NCBI GenBank assembly: GCA_045046875.1
Contig: JASFYY010000068.1
Coordinates: 1-30,698, forward strand
Direction of reading: 5' to 3'
DNA: 30,698 bases
Source of the DNA: Verrucomicrobiota bacterium
GTDB taxonomy: Bacteria > Verrucomicrobiota > Verrucomicrobiia > Verrucomicrobiales > DEV007
The translations under genes were made by a program, and so were the position numbers. Positions 8,935 to 16,878 of this stretch are shown one piece after another. A model generated the notes under the pieces. That model was not told the origin of the DNA. It was given only the letters and a program-made list of their open reading frames with translations, and did not search any database. How positions within the stretch are numbered: position 1 is the first letter of the stretch; each line of letters opens with the position of its first letter.

Positions 8935-9450
8935 ATGTGTGAGTTCATTGGAAAATTTATTACCCCTGAAACTTTTACCATCCTAATTGTGTTCACAGGG
9001 ACCATGGCAATGACTTACTACCTTGCAGGCTTGAAGCTATACACTCAAAAACTAGAGGACATTTTTGCATCCTTCGATGAAATCAGACGGCATCTTCTCC
9101 TCCCTATACCTCATAAAGATGAGACGGAAAATAATTACATAAATAGGGTGGAACAGCAGGCACACAAGCTGGGCATATCGCGATTACGACCGGCCACCCT
9201 CTCAAAACTGTATTTCAAATCGTCACTGGAGCAATTTGGTAAACTAGACAAAACGCTCAAAGCAATGTGTGAACTCAAGAAAGATATTGCCGACGATAAG
9301 GTTTCACCCGAAACACGGAAATCAACTAATGACGCCCTAGCGGAAAAAGTTGTGACTGAGATTAACTCCATTACGACTTACCTCCACTCAAATAAAGGCG
9401 CTCTCACCAACCCTTTAAAAAGAATGACCAAAGTATTAAACTCCTTCTGA
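8935..9450 (+). CDS. Hypothetical protein with one N-terminal TM helix and a helical soluble domain
   Basis: ORF 8917-9450, first ATG at 8935. Hydrophobic TFTILIVFTGTMAMTYYLAGL is followed by a charged helical region. No family recognised. Confidence 0.65.
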   Translation: MCEFIGKFITPETFTILIVFTGTMAMTYYLAGLKLYTQKLEDIFASFDEIRRHLLLPIPHKDETENNYINRVEQQAHKLGISRLRPATLSKLYFKSSLEQFGKLDKTLKAMCELKKDIADDKVSPETRKSTNDALAEKVVTEINSITTYLHSNKGALTNPLKRMTKVLNSF

Positions 9451-9670
9451 TGAGTCTCTGCTGGAACTTATAATGCCAGTTATTTTTTTCTTGAACCGCT
9501 TCCGTCTCAGTGTATGGGTTAGTTATCAGTGACAGGCATTATTGCCTTCCGGCATCCTCCCAAGGGGAAGCTTGTGCTGGGGGCGCTCTTTGGGAGAAGG
9601 CGGCAACGGCACAGGTAATTTCCACTTTATATGGAATTTGACTTGTGCTTGGGAATTGTGGCTCTGAAGG

Positions 9671-10630
9671 TCAATCGCCATCCTTGTCATTCTGGGATAT
9701 TACATCATATCGATTTAGGAAACGCTTACCATCTTTACTGATTTCCACGTGCTCGTTCCAAGAGGAGGTCATTCCGGCAAGTTGGATTGGTCCATCATTT
9801 ACAACCTCTATCAGCCCGATATTGATAAGTTCGTTGCATTGCGTCAGGCGATCCCCCTCCCTCCCTCCCAATGTATTGTACAGCTTAGAGCTAACCTGAC
9901 CGAGATCAGAAACAAAATGTCCAACCAGTATGTCACGAATACTAATAAGAATTTGTAACAATTCACGTTCTTCTAATATCTTGACAAGGCCGTCGTAAGC
10001 GAGCCCGCAATAATCAAGGCCATCCCCAATTTGATTTCGTAGCTCCGAGTTTTCCCTACTAAGTCTTGCAACTTCATCCGCAAGGGCTGGAACGTCCGCT
10101 TGGTCATCAGCGCGCACCCACCCCCCAAGTCCGTCTCGTCGTGCAATTTCACTGAGAGCTTTGAATATTCCAAGCTTGATGTCTTTTTCGTCCACCCAAA
10201 GCTCAACCATGTTATCACCGGCTTGCTCGCGAAACGCTTTTAATTCCTTGGGGTTTTCCCGCTCAATCAGCGCGCTACCTCCATCTTGTTCACCACGTTT
10301 TATCGCGGCCTCCTCACGAATCATGCAACAAAAGAGGGGTTTGCTTTTGCTGATTGCATATTCAAACTCAAGATGCGTGTAACTCTTGCCTGAGCTTTCC
10401 TCTATACTGCCATAGCGTCCACCAAGCATGAGCATGTAAACATCAGAATCATCAATCCATTGTTTGATGGCATCCATTTGTGATTGATCACCAGCCGCAA
10501 AAAGTTCCATCCCGGCGGGTATATGGCCAGCCGTCAGGATGGCTTCAACAGCAGCTTGTCTTTCCGGCTTGAGGTCATCGTAAGTGGATGAAACGAAAAC
10601 TTGGAGGCGTTTTTGGGAAGTGTTGGACAT
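9671..10630 (-). CDS. DUF4062 domain protein with coiled coil and probable C-terminal winged helix
   Basis: N-terminal QVFVSSTYDDLKPERQAA...PAGMELF...IDDSDVYMLMLGGRYGS...SYTHLEFEYA is the DUF4062 pattern. LADEVARLSRENSELRNQI is coiled-coil-like. ELINIGLIE...ISKDGKRFL resembles a wHTH. Start set at ATG 10630. Confidence 0.85.
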   Translation of the reverse strand: MSNTSQKRLQVFVSSTYDDLKPERQAAVEAILTAGHIPAGMELFAAGDQSQMDAIKQWIDDSDVYMLMLGGRYGSIEESSGKSYTHLEFEYAISKSKPLFCCMIREEAAIKRGEQDGGSALIERENPKELKAFREQAGDNMVELWVDEKDIKLGIFKALSEIARRDGLGGWVRADDQADVPALADEVARLSRENSELRNQIGDGLDYCGLAYDGLVKILEERELLQILISIRDILVGHFVSDLGQVSSKLYNTLGGREGDRLTQCNELINIGLIEVVNDGPIQLAGMTSSWNEHVEISKDGKRFLNRYDVISQNDKDGD

Positions 10631-10781
10631 GTTGAAAACATGCTTCAACAAATCTCACCGTCAATTCCCATTACTCACTCTCTTGGGTTAGTTGCTCCCG
10701 CGTCTTTCCTCTTCCTAATCCACCGTAATTGTGATACAACCGCACTTTAACGCGCCCAATTAAACCCATTTTCAATCAATT

Positions 10782-12218
10782 ATGACAGACACAGACGCCA
10801 ATCCATGGGAAGAGGCCCGACTGATACCCGTCTCAGGCATACGCAACGCTGAGGAGCAGGAGCGCCGCGCAACTTCCGCTTTGCTCGCTGTCCTTTCCGC
10901 CGTGGATGAATTTGGGCTGGCGTTCTCCAAGCCGTATGGCGCGCACAAGGGGAAGCTCCAGACTTACATTGAAACACCCTTTGAACTGGCAGACGGGCTC
11001 ACAGTCCGGCCAGACGGCTTAATTCAGATTGTCCGGGGTAAGCGTTCATGGACGGCTTTGATTGAGGTGAAAACCGGCACCAGTGAACTCAAGAAGGACC
11101 AAATTGAATCCTATCTGGACGTTGCCAAGGAACAGGGTTTTGATTGTGTGGTCACAATCTCAAATCAGATTGCCAGAATTCCCGGAGAGCACCCCGTCAC
11201 CGTGGACAAGCGCAAGGTGAAGAAAGTGGCGCTCTATCATATTTCATGGTCCCGCATCTTGACTGAGGCCGTGTTGCAAAAATCTCACCGTGGAGTGGCG
11301 GATGTGGACCAAGCTTGGATTTTGGGAGAGCTAATCCGATACCTGCAACATCCCAACGCCGGGTCCATTGATTTCAATGATATGGGAGAACATTGGGTGG
11401 GTGTGCGTGATGCGGTGAAGCATGGCACCTTGCGCCACGCTGACCAAAAGGCCACTGAGGTGGCTGGGAAGTGGGAAGAACTGGTTTCATTTGCCGTGCT
11501 CAGACTGGGGCGGAAACTTGGGACGGACGTTCAAGAAGTGCTCACCTCCAAGGAGCGCGCTGATATTGGAATACGCATCACCAACATCATTGAATCAATG
11601 GTGAATAAATCCACGTTGCCTGGAGCGGTCCGCATACCAAACACGGTGGGTGATATAGCGTTGAATGTGGATTTAAGAGGCCAGCAAATCATCACCTCCA
11701 TTTCTGTGAAGGCACCCAAAACCGGACGCGCCACAACTAAAATCAACTGGCTTTTACGCCAACTGAAATCCACTTCCGCCAATGTCCGCGTGGATAGTTG
11801 GGCCGCACGCTCAAGGACTTCCATGGCGGACTTGCTTGGTAATGTGAGGAATAAGCCTGAGCTACTTGTCCCGGCTGATAACAAGGAAATTGTATCATTC
11901 ACCGTGTCACTTTCCCGGCCAATGGGGATGAAGCGCGCCACAGGAAAAAACTCGTTTGTTGATTCTGTATTGGGTGCGCTTGATGATTTTTATGCTGATG
12001 TTGTTCAGCATTTGAGGGAGTGGCAACCCGCCGCGCCCAAGCTTGAAAAAAGTGCGCCTGTGGAAGTTGAGCCAAGCCCCGCTCCTCAGCCGGTGGCACC
12101 AATTGAGGTGAGTGAACCTGTGGAGCCTGAGACGGCCGCCTCAAGTGATCTTGGTGGAGAAACTGCCAGCCCGGAAGCCAGTAGCGAAACTCCTTCCTCT
12201 GAACCTTCCGCTGGGTAG
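10782..12218 (+). CDS. PD-(D/E)xK nuclease-superfamily protein ('stress response protein'-like) with a Pro/Glu/Ser-rich tail
   Basis: Motif RPDGLIQI...WTALIEVKTG...DQIESY. The N-terminus ARLIPVSGI..AEEQERRATSALLAV resembles, from recall, a family common in Actinobacteria. The last ~55 aa are low complexity. Confidence 0.75.
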   Translation: MTDTDANPWEEARLIPVSGIRNAEEQERRATSALLAVLSAVDEFGLAFSKPYGAHKGKLQTYIETPFELADGLTVRPDGLIQIVRGKRSWTALIEVKTGTSELKKDQIESYLDVAKEQGFDCVVTISNQIARIPGEHPVTVDKRKVKKVALYHISWSRILTEAVLQKSHRGVADVDQAWILGELIRYLQHPNAGSIDFNDMGEHWVGVRDAVKHGTLRHADQKATEVAGKWEELVSFAVLRLGRKLGTDVQEVLTSKERADIGIRITNIIESMVNKSTLPGAVRIPNTVGDIALNVDLRGQQIITSISVKAPKTGRATTKINWLLRQLKSTSANVRVDSWAARSRTSMADLLGNVRNKPELLVPADNKEIVSFTVSLSRPMGMKRATGKNSFVDSVLGALDDFYADVVQHLREWQPAAPKLEKSAPVEVEPSPAPQPVAPIEVSEPVEPETAASSDLGGETASPEASSETPSSEPSAG

Positions 12219-12279
12219 TTTAAACCGCTCGCGCCACTAACTGGGCGTGACTGGACTCAATCGTTAAATCTCTGCCGAC

Positions 12280-12638
12280 ATGCCAAAAACCCACCATTGC
12301 TGGCGCTGTGACATGCCTATTCCAATGCTCACTGATGGCGAGTGGGATGAGGTTCGCCCATTGATCAAAATGGACATTGAGCTCATAAAAAGTTACAGGG
12401 TTGAGAGTGGGGCAGAATTGAAGGACGCAATTGCCATCCTATCTCACGAAGCATGTGAAAAGTATTTTAAAATCACGGGTTTTCGTGAAACCAACCCCAA
12501 TGCCTTGTGGCATCATTATCCCATTATGATCCAGAATGTTTAAGTTGTGGCCACCTGCTGAGAACGCCAAAGGCATCTTTTTGTGCTAATTGTGGAGCAT
12601 GTCCTGATGAACTACAAGAAGATGGCAAGGCCAAGTAA
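12280..12638 (+). pseudogene. Frameshifted small zinc-ribbon protein (three CxxC motifs)
   Basis: Frame 1 gives CWRC...TGFRETNPNALWHH and stops at 12543. The -1 frame from 12516 reads LSHYDPECLSCGHLLRTPKASFCANCGACPDELQEDGKAK* (stop ends 12638), supplying two more CxxC motifs. Confidence 0.75.
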
Positions 12639-12693
12639 AGCCATCCAGCGTTGACCTAGTGCTAGCGCATCTGTTAGCGTAATCATTGTAAAT

Positions 12694-13116
12694 ATGGCAT
12701 ATCAGAAAAAAAACATTACTGAGCCCGGCGGCCTGATTGTGGGACATGTGGACTATGACGATGCGTGCAGTGAAAAAGATTTTGAGCGCAGATTCAGGAA
12801 TCATATTTCAAAATTACCCAGTTCATATAAGCCGCCGTTTGGTGTGTTTGAGGATTTAGAGGTCAAAAAGGAGCACCGGGGTAATGACTATAGCAGAATT
12901 GGGATTAAAGATGTGGATACCTATTTTCAAAACGCCGGGGTGAAGGGGGCAATTCTCAGAGTGGCTCCTGCAGAATCAACGACTGAGGGCTGGTCTGTGA
13001 CTCTAAAGAAAATTAAGTGGTTGATTAAATTATATGAAAGTGTGGGGTGGAGCCTACTTCCGCGAGACGACTCCAAGAAATATTCTGAGCCCTATCTGAT
13101 GGTAAAAGAGTATTGA
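12694..13116 (+). CDS. GNAT-like N-acetyltransferase (divergent, possibly N-terminally short)
   Basis: Motif-A-like FEDLEVKKEHRGNDYS and motif-B-like LIKLYESVGW. Confidence 0.6.
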   Translation: MAYQKKNITEPGGLIVGHVDYDDACSEKDFERRFRNHISKLPSSYKPPFGVFEDLEVKKEHRGNDYSRIGIKDVDTYFQNAGVKGAILRVAPAESTTEGWSVTLKKIKWLIKLYESVGWSLLPRDDSKKYSEPYLMVKEY

Positions 13117-13299
13117 TTCAAGTTTTGAGCCGTTTTTATCCCGCGTTCAATCACGTGGAAATTCAATTCATTCATATCGGAGACGCGACATTGACTCATT
13201 TGAAGATATTCAAAATGACATAATTGATATCGAACAATTTTTTATGACTGTAAATGGTCGATTGCCATACCCATAAATTTGCCCCCTTTGATAAATGTG

Positions 13300-14451
13300 A
13301 TGAAATCACGAATTGAAAAAAAGAAGGATATCAAAGCTGCGCGCGACTGGGTGAAGCAGTTGCAGCAGAGAGGTGTATCAAATTCGCTGTGGGATGATTT
13401 TTCAGAGCAAAAATTACGTGAAAAATATTTAAACAATCCGGTTAAAATTGAAGTAATAAGCAGGGATATATTTGGAGGTAAAATTGATGTATCAGCGTTC
13501 CTGCGCCAGCCGCGCCAATCAAACAGTCAATTCATATTTCAATCGCACGTTGATAATATTTCGATGCGCCTTAATGAAACTCTAAAAACTACTAGTGGCC
13601 AGCCTTTTGAGCCGCCCATTGTTTGCGTTCTCCAAGGGCCATCTCTGTCCCCAATACATCAAAGAGCACCGTCTACCGAGGTAGAAATAATTCTGATTCC
13701 AGTGGAATTAATGTTTCTTTCAAATTTAGTTTCCAGAAGTGTCTCCATGATAGTAAATCCTAGGCCTTCAAAAAATAAAAATATCCAGTTCCCCCCCCTT
13801 GCAGGTATTCACCTAGACAAACCTAAAAGTGCTCGAGGGATAATGTGGCTAGAAAATATAATTTATTTCCACATTCTACATGGAGAATCATATTTGGTCC
13901 CATTACCTCCAATAGGGAACCGACATGAACCGTTACGAGGGATGATTCTAGATTCGATGGAAACATTTGCGATTGCTCATGAATATGGGCATTTTGTTGC
14001 TGGTCATGCATCGAGTTCATCTGATCCCCCCGCGACCTTCAGAGATCTTCCTTCGAGCATGGTGATGGAGTTTGAGGCGGACATATTGGGTCAAGCGATG
14101 ACTATTGGCGCTGGGAGCCAAACTAAAAATCCGCTCGCAATTTTGAATATAGGGGGAGTGATTATTTTGCATGTTGGGGAGATGATACGACAAGCTCGAT
14201 CAATACTATATTACGGACATTCAGCACCTGTTAGCGAAACCCACCCATCATTGAAAGATCGGATACAGAATTTAAAAAAGGGCTGCACGGAGAGGTTTTG
14301 CGGTCCAGTTTCGGAAGACGCTAGAAGCTATCAAGGTGATTGGGATGATTTCATGATACGAATTTGGACTAAAATGAAACCTTCATTTGAAGAGGGTTTT
14401 CAACTTTATGGCCCCATAGATTTGTATGAGAGCACTGAGCTGGTGGAGTAA
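13300..14451 (+). CDS. Zinc metallopeptidase-like protein (HEXXH; M48 / Lit(U49)-like)
   Basis: FAIAHEYGHF (HEYGH at 13978-13992), downstream EFEADILG (third ligand) and SETHPSLKDRI. No signal peptide. AT-rich. First ATG at 13300. Confidence 0.7.
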   Translation: MKSRIEKKKDIKAARDWVKQLQQRGVSNSLWDDFSEQKLREKYLNNPVKIEVISRDIFGGKIDVSAFLRQPRQSNSQFIFQSHVDNISMRLNETLKTTSGQPFEPPIVCVLQGPSLSPIHQRAPSTEVEIILIPVELMFLSNLVSRSVSMIVNPRPSKNKNIQFPPLAGIHLDKPKSARGIMWLENIIYFHILHGESYLVPLPPIGNRHEPLRGMILDSMETFAIAHEYGHFVAGHASSSSDPPATFRDLPSSMVMEFEADILGQAMTIGAGSQTKNPLAILNIGGVIILHVGEMIRQARSILYYGHSAPVSETHPSLKDRIQNLKKGCTERFCGPVSEDARSYQGDWDDFMIRIWTKMKPSFEEGFQLYGPIDLYESTELVE

Positions 14452-14967
14452 ATATTAATACGACATTCAAATTCCGCCAAGCGCTTCCGTCACAGCACGC
14501 GCCACCCTGCGCCGTCGGGATTCCTACATATTTGGCAAACGGGACGGATTCAAGGTCCATGAGCGCATTGTCCACGGCGGCAAGAAAATCAACTCTCCCC
14601 ACACCATACCGGGCTGGCACTGGTGCCCCCCTTTCCGCCATAGCCCTCCCTCAGTATTTCGTCCAAGTTCACTGGGTCGATGCCGTTGCTGTTCTCATTC
14701 AGCCACTCAGTAAAGCCCGGATGAATCGTGTAGGTTTTCTTGTCCATGTGATGAAAGTGGGGAAATCAGGCGGAAAACGCAAGCATCAAACAACTCACTT
14801 ACTAGCCTGTATTTGATGCGCATTGATACACACTATTCCGCCGGGGTGAGAGGGGGTAATGTATTGGTTGCTTTTGCTATTCCTACGCCCCCACCAGCCC
14901 CCGAGCGCGCAAAAGACTCAAGCGCCTCACAGGGCAAGCGCAAGCGTTTGAAGCGTGTGCGCATAGG

Positions 14968-15519
14968 ATGGCAGTATCGGTTTTTACTATCGAGTACCTC
15001 GCTCGCCTCCTGTTGGGGAGGCCCAGATTTTCATATGCCTTTTCATTTTTTGGAATTATCGATCTTTTGGCCATATTGCCGTTTTATCTTTCTACAGGGA
15101 TCGATCTTAGGTCAATTCGTGCGTTTCGACTTTTTCGTTTGATTAGATTGTTGAAATTGGCTCGTTATAGTGCTGCAATGCAGCGTTTTCACCGAGCGTT
15201 TATTATAGCGAAGGAAGAACTAATTCTTTTTGGTATTTTAGCTTTGATTATTTTGTATCTCACAGCTGTTGGGATCTATTATTTTGAGAGAGATGTTCAA
15301 CCTGAAGCTTTTGGATCAGTTTTTCACGCTTTGTGGTGGGCAATAGTCACCTTGACCACGGTAGGGTATGGAGATGTTTACCCTATTACTATTGGAGGTA
15401 AGATTTTTACATTTTTCGTTTTAATAATCGGATTAGGAATTGTTGCGGTACCTACAGGTTTGTTTGCTTCGGCTCTATCGCGGGCTCGTGAATTAGAAAA
15501 GAGCGAATCGAATAGGTAA
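14968..15519 (+). pseudogene. Voltage-gated K+ channel / ion transporter, 5'-truncated
   Basis: Filter TTVGYGD, S4 RAFRLFRLIRLLKLAR and S3 IIDLLAILPFY are present. The ORF begins mid-S2 (VFTIEYLARL). The upstream in-frame sequence (QAFEACAHR) is not hydrophobic, so S1 appears lost. Confidence 0.7.
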
Positions 15520-15582
15520 GTAACCGTATTTGTAGCGTTTCGCAGTTAATCGAAGATCCCGTTAGCCCCGAACTGCATTCTC

Positions 15583-15839
15583 ATCCCGACAGGGGATAGC
15601 GCTTTTTTTATAAAAAGTACGCCTGTAGGGATTGACTCCATCCCGCTTACAGCGGGACTTTGGACGCTTCGCTTGACCTTTCAGGTCGCCTGCCTCGCTA
15701 CGCTCGGCTGTCTGTGCCGAGCGCTCGCTACGCTCGTATTTTATCAGTCCCGATGAGCGGGACGAGGGGCGCTCGAACCTCCGGTTCAAATCCCGACAGG
15801 GACCCGTGCTTTTTTATAAAAAGTACGCCTGTAGGGATT
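15583..15839. repeat. tRNA-linked ~206-bp repeat unit containing the tRNA 3' end and multiple hairpins
   Basis: Exact 30-bp direct repeat ttttttataaaaagtacgcctgtagggatt at 15604-15633 and 15810-15839. atcccgacaggg at 15583-15594 and 15790-15801. ctcgctacgctcg at 15694-15706 and 15724-15736. Confidence 0.85.
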
Positions 15840-15897
15840 CGAACCCCAAACCTCCTGATCCGTAATCAGGTGCTCTATCCAGTTGAGCTACAGGCGC
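15824..15897 (-). tRNA. tRNA-Arg (anticodon ACG), CCA not encoded
   Basis: Reverse complement GCGCCTGTAGCTCAACTGGATAGAGCACCTGATTACGGATCAGGAGGTTTGGGGTTCGAATCCCTACAGGCGTA folds into a cloverleaf. Anticodon arm CCTGA-TTACGGA-TCAGG; T arm contains GTTCGAATC. Confidence 0.97.
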
Positions 15898-15985
15898 ATT
15901 AGGTGCACTGCTTGTGCGTGCTTATAGTGGGGCATTTTGGATGTTTCGCAAGTGGTTTTTCTGGATGAATTTTAATCGTCCGAAT

Positions 15986-16822
15986 TCAGCCGATTCGATA
16001 GGCTCGCGCAGCGTTGTGACCGAACAGAGCTTGCTGTTCGGCGGGGGTGAGTCGGGCGCTGAAATCGCTGACAGTTTGGAACCAGTCCGAGTAGTTGCAG
16101 CGAAGTAGGGCGACCGGCCAGTCGGAGCCGAACATCAGGCGCTGTGGGCCGAAGGCTTCGAGCGCGACTTCAAAATAGGGGCGCAGCAGGTCGGGGGTCC
16201 ATTTCATGCTGGTAGGCACTTCGGTGACTAAACCTGATATTTTGCAAAAAACGTGACCGCGACGGGCGAGGTTTTTGATATTTTTCACCCACCCGGGGTC
16301 GGGGGTGGTGGATTTGATTTCGGGTTTGGCGAGGTGGTCGAGGATGAATACCTGGTCGGGGTGTTGGTCGACCATTTTGATGGCATTGGGCAATTGGTGA
16401 TGCCGGATGAGGATGTCGTAAGCCAGGCCGAAGTCGTGTAACAGGGAGAGCCCTCGATTAAAATCGGGACGCAGGCAGTAGGCGTCGTCGGTTTCGCCTT
16501 GCAAAACGTGGCGGATCCCTTTGAAAGCTTCATGCTCTGAGTAGCGGGCGAGGGTGGGGGCGGCATCAGGCTGGGTGAGATCTACCCAGCCTACGACAGC
16601 TTTGATGAAGGGATTCTGTTTGGCGTGTTCGAGCAAAAAATCATTTTCTTGCAAGCTGCTGCGGGCTTGCACGGTGACACATCCGTCGAGGGAGCTTTTT
16701 TTGAGCAACGGTTTGAGGTCGGCGGGGGTGAAGTTGTGTTTGAGTGCTGGCATCGAGTCACTGATCCAGCCGTATTCTTTGGCGGAGTAATTCCATAGAT
16801 GGTGATGGGCGTCGATACGCAT
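15986..16822 (-). CDS. Amidohydrolase family protein (L-fucono-1,5-lactonase-like)
   Basis: IDAHHHLW, GIRHVLQGE, ILDHLAKP, CKISGLVTE, RLMFGSDWPV. Confidence 0.88.
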   Translation of the reverse strand: MRIDAHHHLWNYSAKEYGWISDSMPALKHNFTPADLKPLLKKSSLDGCVTVQARSSLQENDFLLEHAKQNPFIKAVVGWVDLTQPDAAPTLARYSEHEAFKGIRHVLQGETDDAYCLRPDFNRGLSLLHDFGLAYDILIRHHQLPNAIKMVDQHPDQVFILDHLAKPEIKSTTPDPGWVKNIKNLARRGHVFCKISGLVTEVPTSMKWTPDLLRPYFEVALEAFGPQRLMFGSDWPVALLRCNYSDWFQTVSDFSARLTPAEQQALFGHNAARAYRIG

Positions 16823-16878
16823 TGTCTAGTAAGCAGTAGGATTTTAGAGAAGATATGATTGATACTGGTGATGCAGGC

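Larger units (their letters stand above)
8248..15897. mobile_element. tRNA-Arg-integrated genomic island with no recognisable integrase (probably decayed)
   Basis: Intact tRNA at one end and a displaced 3'-half copy at the other. Cargo is of mixed composition, with several visibly AT-richer genes and two pseudogenes. No tyrosine or serine recombinase ORF was recognised. Confidence 0.8.

Noticed and set aside
12694..13116. GNAT toxin of a type II toxin-antitoxin pair
   Set aside because: No adjacent RHH/DUF1778-like antitoxin was recognised. The upstream gene is a broken Zn-ribbon protein.
15583..15839. CRISPR array
   Set aside because: Only two 30-bp repeats ~206 bp apart, derived from the tRNA end. 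There are no spacer-sized intervals and no cas genes.
15562..15902. Short ORFs over the tRNA and its repeat
   Set aside because: They are explained by the tRNA gene and the non-coding repeat.
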